Of a stretch of DNA of 64,000 nt, positions 55,597 to 64,000 are shown in pieces. The stretch lies in contig CBDCRP010000002.1 of assembly GCA_965221165.1 (NCBI GenBank), positions 1,417,728 through 1,481,727 of the forward strand. Reading direction: 5' to 3'. How positions within the stretch are numbered: position 1 is the first letter of the stretch; the number at the start of each line of letters is the position of its first letter. Under the pieces are notes generated by a model, which did no database searches, was not told where the DNA came from, and saw only the letters and a list, made by a program, of their open reading frames with translations. The translations under genes were made by a program, and so were the position numbers. This DNA is from a bacterium. GTDB lineage: Bacteria; UBA8248.

Positions 55597-57210
55597 ATGA
55601 AGCCATTCCTGCTGGATGATGAAAAAATCGAGGCCTATCTCGCCGCCGGTTACTGGTCGCGCGAGACCATGGTCGAGCGATACGCCGCCTATGCGCGGGA
55701 TTTTCCCGAAAAAATCGCCTGTCGCGACGCTGCGGAAGAAATCACGTGGCGGGGGCTGGATGAGATAACCGATCGGATGGCCGCGAACCTGATCGCCCGT
55801 GGAATCGAGCGCGACGCCCGCGCACTCGTGCAGATGCCTTCTTCGAACCGCGAGATTATCCTGCGGATAGCCTTCAAGAAAGCCGGGGTCATCGGCTGTT
55901 TCGCCCCCATGCAATGGCGGCGCAAGGAACTGGGCTACGCCTGCCGGGAACTCGGTCCCGGCGTGATTTTCCTCTCGCCCGGATCGGCCGGGGATGAGCC
56001 GCCCGCCTGGCTGGATGAGGCGCTCGCCGGAGCCGGGCCCACCCTTCGCGTCGATCTCTCGGGGGAGGCTCCCGCAGGGTGGCTGCCCTGGAATGAGTTG
56101 ACCAGACCCCCGCGGGACACGGAGGCGCTGGGAGAGGTCGCCTCCCGGAGTTTCCGGTTCGATGAGATTTCCCTCATCACGGTATCGAGCGGCTCCAGCG
56201 GCTTATCCAAGCTGTGTGAATGGCCCGAAGGGGCGCAAATGTGCCTGGGCCACGCAAACGGCTCGCGATTGGGCGTCAGCGCGGAGGATAACATCGGCGT
56301 TTTCGCGCCGATGGCGGGGGGGGCGGGGCTGCTGGTCTGGGTGACGTCGGGCATGACGCCGTGCGCCTTCACGTTCCCCGAAACCTATAACGCGCGCGCT
56401 TTACTGGCGCTCATCGAGAGCGCGAAGATCACCGTGGCGACGACCGTGCCCGTCATCTTAAACCGGCTGGCGCAGGAAGACCTGGGCGCCTTCGATCTGC
56501 GCTCGCTTCGCGCCATACGGATCGGCACCGCGGCGGCGGACCTGGACGCGGCGCGCCGCTTCGAGAGCCTCACCGGTACCCGCGTCGTCCTCGCATCGGG
56601 CAGCATGGAAACCCCCGGTTTCTCGCACGTGGACGTGGAAGATCCCGCATCGCTTCGCCTCAACGGCAGCGTCGGTTTGCCCCACCGGGGATGTGGCTGG
56701 CGAATCGAGGATGAGGACGGGAACGCGCTGCCCCGGGGAAGCGTCGGCCATTTCAAAATCTCGGCCCCTTTCGCGTCTTCCGGCTACTGGAAAGACCCGG
56801 AAGGCACAAAAGCGGTCTGGTCTGAGGGCTGGAACACGACCGGCGACATCGCGACCATCGACGAGGACGGGCGGTTGAGATTGCTGGGCCGCAGCAAGGA
56901 AGTCATCAACCGCAGCGGCCAGAAGATATTGCCGGTCGAAGTCGAACGGGAGATCGCCAAACACCCAGACGTCTTCGAGTGCGCCGTCGTCGCCGCGCCC
57001 GACCCCGAATACGGCGAGGTGCCCTGGGCGTTCGTTCAAGCCCATGACGGCAAGAAACTCGACGCGGGAGTTCTGGCCGCAGCGCTCAGAACGAGCGGCC
57101 TCGCCACCTACAAGATTCCGGCGCGGTTCATCGAACTGCCCGAATTACCCCGCGTTGCGAGTGACAAGATCGACAAGAAAGCACTGCTCCAGATGGCGCT
57201 CGCTGAATAG
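55597..57210 (+). CDS. AMP-binding acyl/aryl-CoA ligase
   Basis: P-loop variant SSGSSGLSK, TGD, GRSKEVINRSG and KIDK. Confidence 0.9.
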   Translation: MKPFLLDDEKIEAYLAAGYWSRETMVERYAAYARDFPEKIACRDAAEEITWRGLDEITDRMAANLIARGIERDARALVQMPSSNREIILRIAFKKAGVIGCFAPMQWRRKELGYACRELGPGVIFLSPGSAGDEPPAWLDEALAGAGPTLRVDLSGEAPAGWLPWNELTRPPRDTEALGEVASRSFRFDEISLITVSSGSSGLSKLCEWPEGAQMCLGHANGSRLGVSAEDNIGVFAPMAGGAGLLVWVTSGMTPCAFTFPETYNARALLALIESAKITVATTVPVILNRLAQEDLGAFDLRSLRAIRIGTAAADLDAARRFESLTGTRVVLASGSMETPGFSHVDVEDPASLRLNGSVGLPHRGCGWRIEDEDGNALPRGSVGHFKISAPFASSGYWKDPEGTKAVWSEGWNTTGDIATIDEDGRLRLLGRSKEVINRSGQKILPVEVEREIAKHPDVFECAVVAAPDPEYGEVPWAFVQAHDGKKLDAGVLAAALRTSGLATYKIPARFIELPELPRVASDKIDKKALLQMALAE

Positions 57211-57272
57211 AAACGACGCTGCTTGCGCCGATAGACGAGGCGAAACGACGAAACCGAGACGGAGGGAGAACC

Positions 57273-58076
57273 TTGACGATGGGACATGACGAAGACCTGC
57301 ACGGCGCATGTTTTGACGGCTTTACGGTCGAAGTGGACGCCGGGCAACAGCGCGGCGACATAATTCTCGACCGCGGCGAGATGAACACGATAAGCATGGG
57401 CCAGCGCGAGGAATTGCGGGCCGCATTCGAGAACCTGGACCGCGACGAGCGGGTGCGGGTGATCGTGCTGCGCGCCCTGGGCCCGAACTTTTCTTCCGGC
57501 GGGTTCATTCGCGGCTTCATGGAGGCCTCGCCCGAGCACGTCTCGAAACTGGCCGATAACATCGCAGCGCCCACGCGGTGCGAAAAACCGGTGGTCGCCG
57601 CGGGTCGCGGCTATTGCTTCGGCGTCGGCTTCGAGGTCTCGCTCGCGTGTGATTTCCGGGTCGCGTCCGAGACGGCCCGCTACGCCCTCCCCGAACAGCG
57701 CCTGGGGCAGATTCCGGGTTCGGGCGGCTCGGCGCGCCTGCAGAAGATGATCGGCCTTACGCGAACCAAGGATATCGTCATGCGCTCAAAGCGCATCACC
57801 GGCAGGCAGGCTTATGAGTGGGGCATCGTCACCGAGGTCGTCCCCGACGATGAACTGAAAACTGCCACCGACGCCCTCGTGGCGGAGCTCTGCGCGTTCG
57901 CTCCGCTTGCGCAACGCACGGCCAAGCGCCTGCTCAACGAAACGGAAGACACCTTCTTGTCCTTGGGGATTCAGCTGGAGGGCCATTGCTACTCGAGGCT
58001 GCGCCAATCGGATGATTTCAGGGAAGGTGTGGAGGCCTTTCACGAGAAGCGCAAACCGAATTTCAGGGGAAGTTGA
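57273..58076 (+). CDS. enoyl-CoA hydratase/isomerase family
   Basis: Motifs GYCFGVGFEVSLACDFR and PEQRLGQIPGSGG. Confidence 0.92.
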   Translation: MTMGHDEDLHGACFDGFTVEVDAGQQRGDIILDRGEMNTISMGQREELRAAFENLDRDERVRVIVLRALGPNFSSGGFIRGFMEASPEHVSKLADNIAAPTRCEKPVVAAGRGYCFGVGFEVSLACDFRVASETARYALPEQRLGQIPGSGGSARLQKMIGLTRTKDIVMRSKRITGRQAYEWGIVTEVVPDDELKTATDALVAELCAFAPLAQRTAKRLLNETEDTFLSLGIQLEGHCYSRLRQSDDFREGVEAFHEKRKPNFRGS

Positions 58077-58345
58077 GGAGCGCGTTCGGCTTCTGCGGGA
58101 AATCCGCCTCGCCTTGATGCGTGAATAGGCGTTTCTCATTCACTCCGTTTCAAAAGCTTTCCACATATCCGCGCCGAGGGCGTGAAGGAGGCGTTCTTCC
58201 TCTTTCGCACGGCGTTTTGCGCTCTCCCGATAGTTTTGTGCTACACTGAACCGTCATCTCGTACATGCAAGATTCCGGTACGGGCGCCATCCCGAAAGAC
58301 GGTTGGCCCGCAAGGTTTTCTCAAGACCAAGGGGGGGAGATCGTC

Positions 58346-58816
58346 ATGTTAGGTCCCATGCACCATTCCAGCAGAACGGTTTCGGACATCGAAAGTTCCA
58401 TCGCGTTTTACCGCGACCTCCTGGGCTTCGAGGTCGTGGAGGACATCTCCTCCGACGAGGAGGGGATCCAATACGCCTCGACCACGCCCGACAGCAAGCT
58501 TCGGATCGTCATGCTCCAGGCGGGAGGCGCGATCGTAGAGCTCATCCAGTTCCTGAAAGCGGAGGGGAAAGCCTACGACAATCCGCCGGCCCTGAACGAC
58601 GTGGGCAGCAGCCACATCGCCTTCGAGCCCGAAGACCTGGACGCCGCCTATGCGGATCTGGTGGCCAAGGGCGTGCGCTTCGCGACCTCGCCCCAGGTGA
58701 CGTGGCGAGGCCCGGGCCGCTACTGGAGGGCCGCCATTTTCTATGACCCGGACGGCTTCGATCTGGCTCTGTTCAAAATGTATGAGGGCGAGCCCGCCGA
58801 AACTGTTTCCGGCTGA
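58346..58816 (+). CDS. VOC/glyoxalase family protein
   Basis: Motifs HHSSRTVSD..FYRDLLGF, VELIQF, HIAF and DPDG. Confidence 0.9.
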   Translation: MLGPMHHSSRTVSDIESSIAFYRDLLGFEVVEDISSDEEGIQYASTTPDSKLRIVMLQAGGAIVELIQFLKAEGKAYDNPPALNDVGSSHIAFEPEDLDAAYADLVAKGVRFATSPQVTWRGPGRYWRAAIFYDPDGFDLALFKMYEGEPAETVSG

Positions 58817-58845
58817 GTCCGAAACCATATGGAGGAAACGACGCC

Positions 58846-59619
58846 ATGATGCTGAGCGACCTGACCTGGATGGAAATCCGCGACCTGATTCCCGAGAACC
58901 CCGTCATCATCCAGCCCGTGGGTTCGACCGAACAGCACGGCCCCCACCTGCCGATTCAGGTGGATATATCGAGCGCATTTGAAGTGGCGAAAGCCGTGGG
59001 CGATCGGACGGGCTGCCTCGTCGCCCCGCCGCTTCCCTACGGCTACTCGGAGGCCTGGGAGAATTTTCCGGGCACCATCAGCTTCACGGCCGATACCTTC
59101 ATGAATTGCGTCGGCGAAATCACCGAAAGCCTCGTGCGCAACGGCTTCAAGAGGATTCTCTTCTTAAACGGCCACAACCCCAATCTCCCCCTGCTTCAGA
59201 CCATGATGTTCAGGCTCATGGACCGCTACGGCAGGGACGGAGACAAACTCATCGTCGCGGGAAGCTATTTCATGGTCGACAAGGAGACCTGCGACGCCAT
59301 CGGCGACAACTTCCGCGAGGGCACCCACGCCAACGAGTTCGAGACGGCCTTCATGATGCACATCAGGCCCAATATGGTGCACGTGGATCGACTGGGAGAC
59401 TGGGAGTACAAGCCCGAACTGGTGCTCTCCTACCAGCACGGGGTGACCTCGGTCGTCCGCCTGCCCGACAGCCGGGTGCACAACGGCGTCTATGGTGACC
59501 CGCGCCGGGCCACGCCGGAGAAGGGCCGCCAATACTTCGAGGCCTGCGTGACCAAGGTGGCCGAGATAGTGGAGAACTTCAACCCGGATTACTTCGGGAT
59601 ACAGGAAGTGTACACGTAA
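58846..59619 (+). CDS. creatininase family amidohydrolase
   Basis: Motifs PVGSTEQHGPHLP, FPGTIS, NGH and HANEFET. Confidence 0.92.
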   Translation: MMLSDLTWMEIRDLIPENPVIIQPVGSTEQHGPHLPIQVDISSAFEVAKAVGDRTGCLVAPPLPYGYSEAWENFPGTISFTADTFMNCVGEITESLVRNGFKRILFLNGHNPNLPLLQTMMFRLMDRYGRDGDKLIVAGSYFMVDKETCDAIGDNFREGTHANEFETAFMMHIRPNMVHVDRLGDWEYKPELVLSYQHGVTSVVRLPDSRVHNGVYGDPRRATPEKGRQYFEACVTKVAEIVENFNPDYFGIQEVYT

Positions 59620-59662
59620 CGTCGGGGGAACGTCGCAGGAACCCGCGCCGCTCGGCTCGGGC

Positions 59663-60748
59663 TCAGATGGCCAGTTGGGTCTCGGCGTCGAAGAAGTAAA
59701 GTTTGTCCTCGCGCATCCCTACGCGGGCATCATCCCCCATGTCGACCCTGAAGGTGGAGGCGGTGCGCGCCATAATTGATACATCCTCGAAGGCGAGTTC
59801 CAATACCTGATCCGCGCCGTAAGGTTCCAGGAGCAGCACCTTGCTCAGGTGGCCGTCCTCACCTCCGCTCGGCTTTACGATGACGTCTTCGGGGCGAATC
59901 CCCAGAATCACCTTCTCCCTCGTCTCTTTTTCAAGAATTTGCCGCTGCTCCGGCGGAGGCTCCACGACGAAGTTCCCGTAGCGGAAGCACAGCCTTCCGT
60001 TTTCCTGCTCCAAGGCGCCGGGCATGAGGTTCATGGGCGGCGTGCCCACGAATTGCGCCACGAAGGTGTTCGCCGGTTCATGATAGACGGAATAGGGAGA
60101 GGCGTATTGCTGGAGCACGCCGTCTTTCAGGAGCGCTATCTCATCCGCCATGTTCAGGGCTTCCACCTGATCGTGGGTCACGTAGATCATGGTGGTCTCG
60201 AGGCGCCGGTGGAGCTTTTTGAGTTCAGCGCGCATCTCGACCCGGAGCGCCGCATCCAGGTTCGAGAGCGGCTCATCCATCAAAAACGCCCAGGGGTCGC
60301 GGACGATCGCCCGGCCCAGCGCCACCCGCTGGCGCTGTCCGCCGGAGAGTTCGCGGGGTCTGCGGGCCAGAAGCTCCTCGATGTTCAGCGCCTCGGCCGC
60401 CCAGAGCACCTTCTCCTCTATCTCCGCCTTGGACATCTTCATCATCCGGAGCGGAAAGGCCAGATTGTCCCGCACTCTCAAATGGGGGTAGAGGGCGTAG
60501 CTCTGGAACACCATGGCCATGTTGCGCCGATGGGCCGGAATATAGCGCACGTCCAATCCGTCGATGAGAATCGCGCCCTCGGTGGGCTCCAGCAGACCCG
60601 CGACCACGTTCAGGATGGTGGTTTTCCCGCATCCCGAAGGACCGAGTAAGACGACGAATCTACCGTCTTCGATCTCGAGGTGCACGTTGTCGACCGCGAC
60701 CACCTCACCGTAATTCTTGGTTAAATTCTCCAACACGACTTTCGCCAT
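59663..60748 (-). CDS. CUT1 ABC transporter ATP-binding protein (MalK/UgpC-like)
   Basis: Motifs GPSGCGKT, VFQSYALYPH, LSGGQRQR and DEPLSNLD. Confidence 0.96.
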   Translation of the reverse strand: MAKVVLENLTKNYGEVVAVDNVHLEIEDGRFVVLLGPSGCGKTTILNVVAGLLEPTEGAILIDGLDVRYIPAHRRNMAMVFQSYALYPHLRVRDNLAFPLRMMKMSKAEIEEKVLWAAEALNIEELLARRPRELSGGQRQRVALGRAIVRDPWAFLMDEPLSNLDAALRVEMRAELKKLHRRLETTMIYVTHDQVEALNMADEIALLKDGVLQQYASPYSVYHEPANTFVAQFVGTPPMNLMPGALEQENGRLCFRYGNFVVEPPPEQRQILEKETREKVILGIRPEDVIVKPSGGEDGHLSKVLLLEPYGADQVLELAFEDVSIMARTASTFRVDMGDDARVGMREDKLYFFDAETQLAI

Positions 60749-60774
60749 TCTCACTTGCTCCTATCAAAAACGGG

Positions 60775-61719
60775 CTAGCCCTTCACCGCGCCCGCCGTGA
60801 GCCCGCGCACAAAATAGCGCTGGAAGATGAGAGCCAGGACGACGGGAATCACGACGCAGGCGACTCCTGCGGCGTTCATCCGCGCGTAGCTCACCGAGAA
60901 CTCGGAGACGAAATCGAGCAGCGTCACCGTGATGGGCCGGGTGTTCATCGTCTGCGTCAGGACGAGCGGAAAGAGGAACTCGTTCCAACTCGTGAGGAAC
61001 ACGAACACCGCCGCCGTAACGATAGCCGGGGCCGAAAGCGGCAAAATCACCCGCCAAAGCGTCTGGAAGCGGTTGCAGCCGTCCACGCGGGCGGCGCTTT
61101 CGATCTCCTGCGGCACGGTTTCGAAATAGGCGACCAGCACGAAGATCGCCAGGGGCAGCGAAATGGGAATATAGGCCACGATGAGCCCCATATAGGAGTC
61201 CAGCAGCCCGAGTCCCCGGATCATCAGGTAAAAGGGGACGATCAGCGACACTTCGGGCACGATTCGAGACGCCAGCACGACGTAGAAAAGGTACTGCTTT
61301 CCCGCGAAGCGAAGCCGCGCGAAGCCGTACGCCGCCAGACATCCCAATATGACGTTGATGATGGTGACGCCCAACGCCACGACGAAGCTGTTCCACATCG
61401 AGGGCAGCACGTCGGCCGTGGGAAACGTGGAATATCCGGCCATGCTCTTGTCGAACGCGACGCTCGTGTCGGCGGGTTTTCTGAGGAGGATCTCCGTGTA
61501 GTTGCCGACGTTGACTTCGGGCGGAAGCCAATTGGGCGGAACCGACACCACGTCCTTTTCAAACTGAAGGCTCGAATTGACCATCCAGTAGAAGGGCGAG
61601 ATGGCGTAGAAGAGCATGGCGACGACGATCACGTAGAGCGCGACCCGCCCCACGAGGGCGGCGCGACGGTATCTCTCCACCGATTGGAGGGTAGGGACGG
61701 TAGACGTCGATGCGGCCAT
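60775..61719 (-). CDS. CUT1 ABC transporter permease (MalG-like)
   Basis: EAA loop ESAARVDG; WNEF. Confidence 0.95.
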   Translation of the reverse strand: MAASTSTVPTLQSVERYRRAALVGRVALYVIVVAMLFYAISPFYWMVNSSLQFEKDVVSVPPNWLPPEVNVGNYTEILLRKPADTSVAFDKSMAGYSTFPTADVLPSMWNSFVVALGVTIINVILGCLAAYGFARLRFAGKQYLFYVVLASRIVPEVSLIVPFYLMIRGLGLLDSYMGLIVAYIPISLPLAIFVLVAYFETVPQEIESAARVDGCNRFQTLWRVILPLSAPAIVTAAVFVFLTSWNEFLFPLVLTQTMNTRPITVTLLDFVSEFSVSYARMNAAGVACVVIPVVLALIFQRYFVRGLTAGAVKG

Positions 61720-61723
61720 GATC

Positions 61724-62677
61724 TCAGCCCTCCTGAGGCCGGTAGAGGATCTTGATGTAGCCGATCGCCAGGATGAAGGTGGCGATGGCGATCACGTAAG
61801 AAATCGACGCGCCGGAGCCGAACTGCAGGTTCCGGAAGGTCTCCACGTAGGTGTACCAGGAGACGAGGGCGGTCGCGTCCCCCGGCCCTCCCTCGGTCAG
61901 GATGTAGACGAGGTCGAAGGTCTTGATGGAGATGATCGAGGAGTAGACCAGCACCAGCAGAAAGGCCAGTTTGAGCGCAGGCAGGGTGATGTGCATGAAA
62001 CGCCTCGACGCGCCGGCCTGATCCACCTTCGCCGCGCTGTAGAGATCCTCGGGGATCGCCTGGAGCGCCGTGAGGAACAAGACGGTGGCGAGTGGAACCT
62101 CTTTCCAGACGAACGCGTTCACAAGGGTGTAGAGAGCGCGTGCAGGGTTGCTGAGCCATGTCTGATATTTGTCGATAGCGCCGATGGCGACCAGAAGCCC
62201 GTTCAGCACCCCGTAGTCGGAATGGTAGATCCACTCCCAGATGAGGCCGTTCGCCACGTAGGGCACTGCCCAGGGAACGAGGATGAGCGGCACCACCCAC
62301 CTGCGAACACCGGAGCCCAGTTCATTGAGCGCCAGGGCGAAAACGAGACCGAGCAGGGCCACCGCGATCACCGACACCACGACGAAGACGATCGTGTTCG
62401 TGAACGCGTTGTAGAAATCCTCGCTCTCCAGGAACATGATGTAGTTCTCAAAACCCACGTAGGGGTTTCTGTGGGGCCGCTTCAGGTTATAGACGTGGAC
62501 GCTCACGTAGAAGGAATGCAGGATGGGATAGATGTTGAGCAGGACCATCAGGAGCAGCGCCGGCCCCACGAAGAACATCGCAATTCCGCCTTCGGTCTGC
62601 ATACGCTGGGCGAACCAGCCTCTCACACCCGTTGCGGCGGCGGGTTCCATGCTTTCGGCGGACAGGGAATTCGCCAA
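61724..62677 (-). CDS. CUT1 ABC transporter permease (MalF-like)
   Basis: Motifs VGFENY, LYSAAKVD and TEGGP; probable TTG start after GGAGG. Confidence 0.95.
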   Translation of the reverse strand: MANSLSAESMEPAAATGVRGWFAQRMQTEGGIAMFFVGPALLLMVLLNIYPILHSFYVSVHVYNLKRPHRNPYVGFENYIMFLESEDFYNAFTNTIVFVVVSVIAVALLGLVFALALNELGSGVRRWVVPLILVPWAVPYVANGLIWEWIYHSDYGVLNGLLVAIGAIDKYQTWLSNPARALYTLVNAFVWKEVPLATVLFLTALQAIPEDLYSAAKVDQAGASRRFMHITLPALKLAFLLVLVYSSIISIKTFDLVYILTEGGPGDATALVSWYTYVETFRNLQFGSGASISYVIAIATFILAIGYIKILYRPQEG

Positions 62678-62737
62678 AGAAAACCTCCATCGCGCCTCCC
62701 CCGGCAGCACACCGCCGAGGGAGGCGGTAACCTGTGA

Positions 62738-64000
62738 TTAACTGTAGCGCCGTTTAAGTCTGTTCCACTGCTTGGTCAAGGTCTTGAGCGTACCCACGAT
62801 GTCGGACTGACCCAGGATCGCCTTGTGGACGCGCGGACGCATGTACTGATCCCACTCGGCGTACCAGACGGCCTTCTGCCCGTCCTTGGGCTTGCTCAGC
62901 GCCATCTGGCTCTCGAACAGCTTCGCCTCGCCCCAGTTGTTCGCCGCCGCGATGATGTCGGGGTCCTTGAACAGCGGCGCGTGGCCGAAGCCCAGCCCGA
63001 ACTCGGTGAACCACTTCTTCGCGGTGCGGTAGGTGCCCGACTTGTCCTTGCCGCCCAGGAAGTCCACCATCTTCCAGGCCATCGCCTTGCGCGCGGGGTC
63101 CTTCGCGGCAGAGGCGGTCATGCTGTAGCACCGCGTCCAGCCGCAGACGTGTGGCTTGGAGTTGTTGGCGGTGGGTATGAGCGCCATCTTGATCTTGCCG
63201 GCCACCTTGGAGGATTTGGGTTCGTTCGCGGCCCGCAGCCTGTAGTTCGGGAGAATGGCGAAACTGCCCGTGCCGCTGCTGAAAGCCTTGAGCGCGGCGA
63301 CTTCGTTGAGCTCCATGAAGCCGGGCTGCGTGATCTTGTGCTTCTTCGCCGCGTCGATGATCCACTGAATCGACTGCGCCGCGGCGGAGCCCTCCTTGTC
63401 GTAGTTCATGACGTTGTATTTCTCGTCGACGAACCTCCCGCCCCGGCTGTACATCATGGTGAAGAGCACCTCGCCCATCCAGAAATCGGCTTTCAGGAAC
63501 TGTAAGAAAGGATACTCCTGAATCCCCTTGCTCTTGATCTGGAGACTCTGCTGGACCACCTCGTCCCAGGTCTTGGGAGGAGCGCCGATGCCCGCTTTCT
63601 CCAGATGCTCCTCGTTGTACAAGAACGCCATGTGGCCCACGTAGTAGGGCAGGCCGTAGAGCTTACCCTCGTAGGTGAGCGCCTCGGCGGTCGGGCCGAT
63701 GAATTCTTTTCTGTACTCGTCCACCCTCGGGAACTCGTCGATGGGGTACAGCCAGCCCGCCTCCACGAATTCGGCGAGATGCCCGTCGATCATGTAGATG
63801 ACGTCCAGGGGGGCTTTACCCGTGAACTTGACGACCAGTGTGTCGTGGTACTTGCTGCCGGGCGTGTTGCCGTAGTTGATCTTGACCTTGGCGCGCTTTT
63901 CGAATTCGGCGATGCGCTGCTTCACGAAGCTGATGCCGTAGGTCCAACTGTAGAAGTTGAGCGTTTTCACCATCGCCGCCGAGGGCGTCGCCCGCGAGAC
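62738..64000 (-). CDS. CUT1 ABC transporter substrate-binding protein (5' end beyond the window)
   Basis: Motifs LYGLPY, YNEEHLEKAG and PPKTWDE; the frame stays open to 64000 (VSRATPSAA, like the end of a signal peptide). Confidence 0.92.
   Translation of the reverse strand, partial: VSRATPSAAMVKTLNFYSWTYGISFVKQRIAEFEKRAKVKINYGNTPGSKYHDTLVVKFTGKAPLDVIYMIDGHLAEFVEAGWLYPIDEFPRVDEYRKEFIGPTAEALTYEGKLYGLPYYVGHMAFLYNEEHLEKAGIGAPPKTWDEVVQQSLQIKSKGIQEYPFLQFLKADFWMGEVLFTMMYSRGGRFVDEKYNVMNYDKEGSAAAQSIQWIIDAAKKHKITQPGFMELNEVAALKAFSSGTGSFAILPNYRLRAANEPKSSKVAGKIKMALIPTANNSKPHVCGWTRCYSMTASAAKDPARKAMAWKMVDFLGGKDKSGTYRTAKKWFTEFGLGFGHAPLFKDPDIIAAANNWGEAKLFESQMALSKPKDGQKAVWYAEWDQYMRPRVHKAILGQSDIVGTLKTLTKQWNRLKRRYS

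Overview
Bacterial chromosomal window, roughly 60-65% GC by eye, with a lower-GC block (about 45-50% in lines sampled by eye) at about 28.1-39.9 kb. The gene content suggests a Gram-negative, deltaproteobacteria/Nitrospinota-like organism (inference only). In order, the window holds: tolQ-tolR-tolA; a convergent peptidoglycan-turnover cluster (M20 hydrolase, TPR-lytic transglycosylase, anmK, DapE/ArgE-like, opposite TPR protein, D-aminoacylase, nagA); DctP, a K+ channel, bioD and tusA; a Fic gene preceded by 12-bp repeat arrays; fba-fbp-ompA/motB; a repeat-rich S24-peptidase relic; a GAF/degenerate-GGDEF plus orphan mreB operon preceded by tandem NrdR-like boxes; aroE, a lone xanthine-dehydrogenase-family Mo subunit, an ECF sigma factor, scoAB and an APC-USP permease. 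Further on are a UGA-recoded PrdB/GrdB-like selenoprotein with a SECIS hairpin, which the ORF track splits in two; a Vsr / compact m5C-methyltransferase / KpnI-like HNH cassette; a DUF429-like gene in GTAG-REP repeats between two paralogous alpha/beta hydrolases; an acyl-CoA catabolic cluster; and a CUT1-type ABC transporter. I saw no rRNA, tRNA, CRISPR array, intact transposase or integrase. All product calls come from motif recognition by eye, not from database searches.
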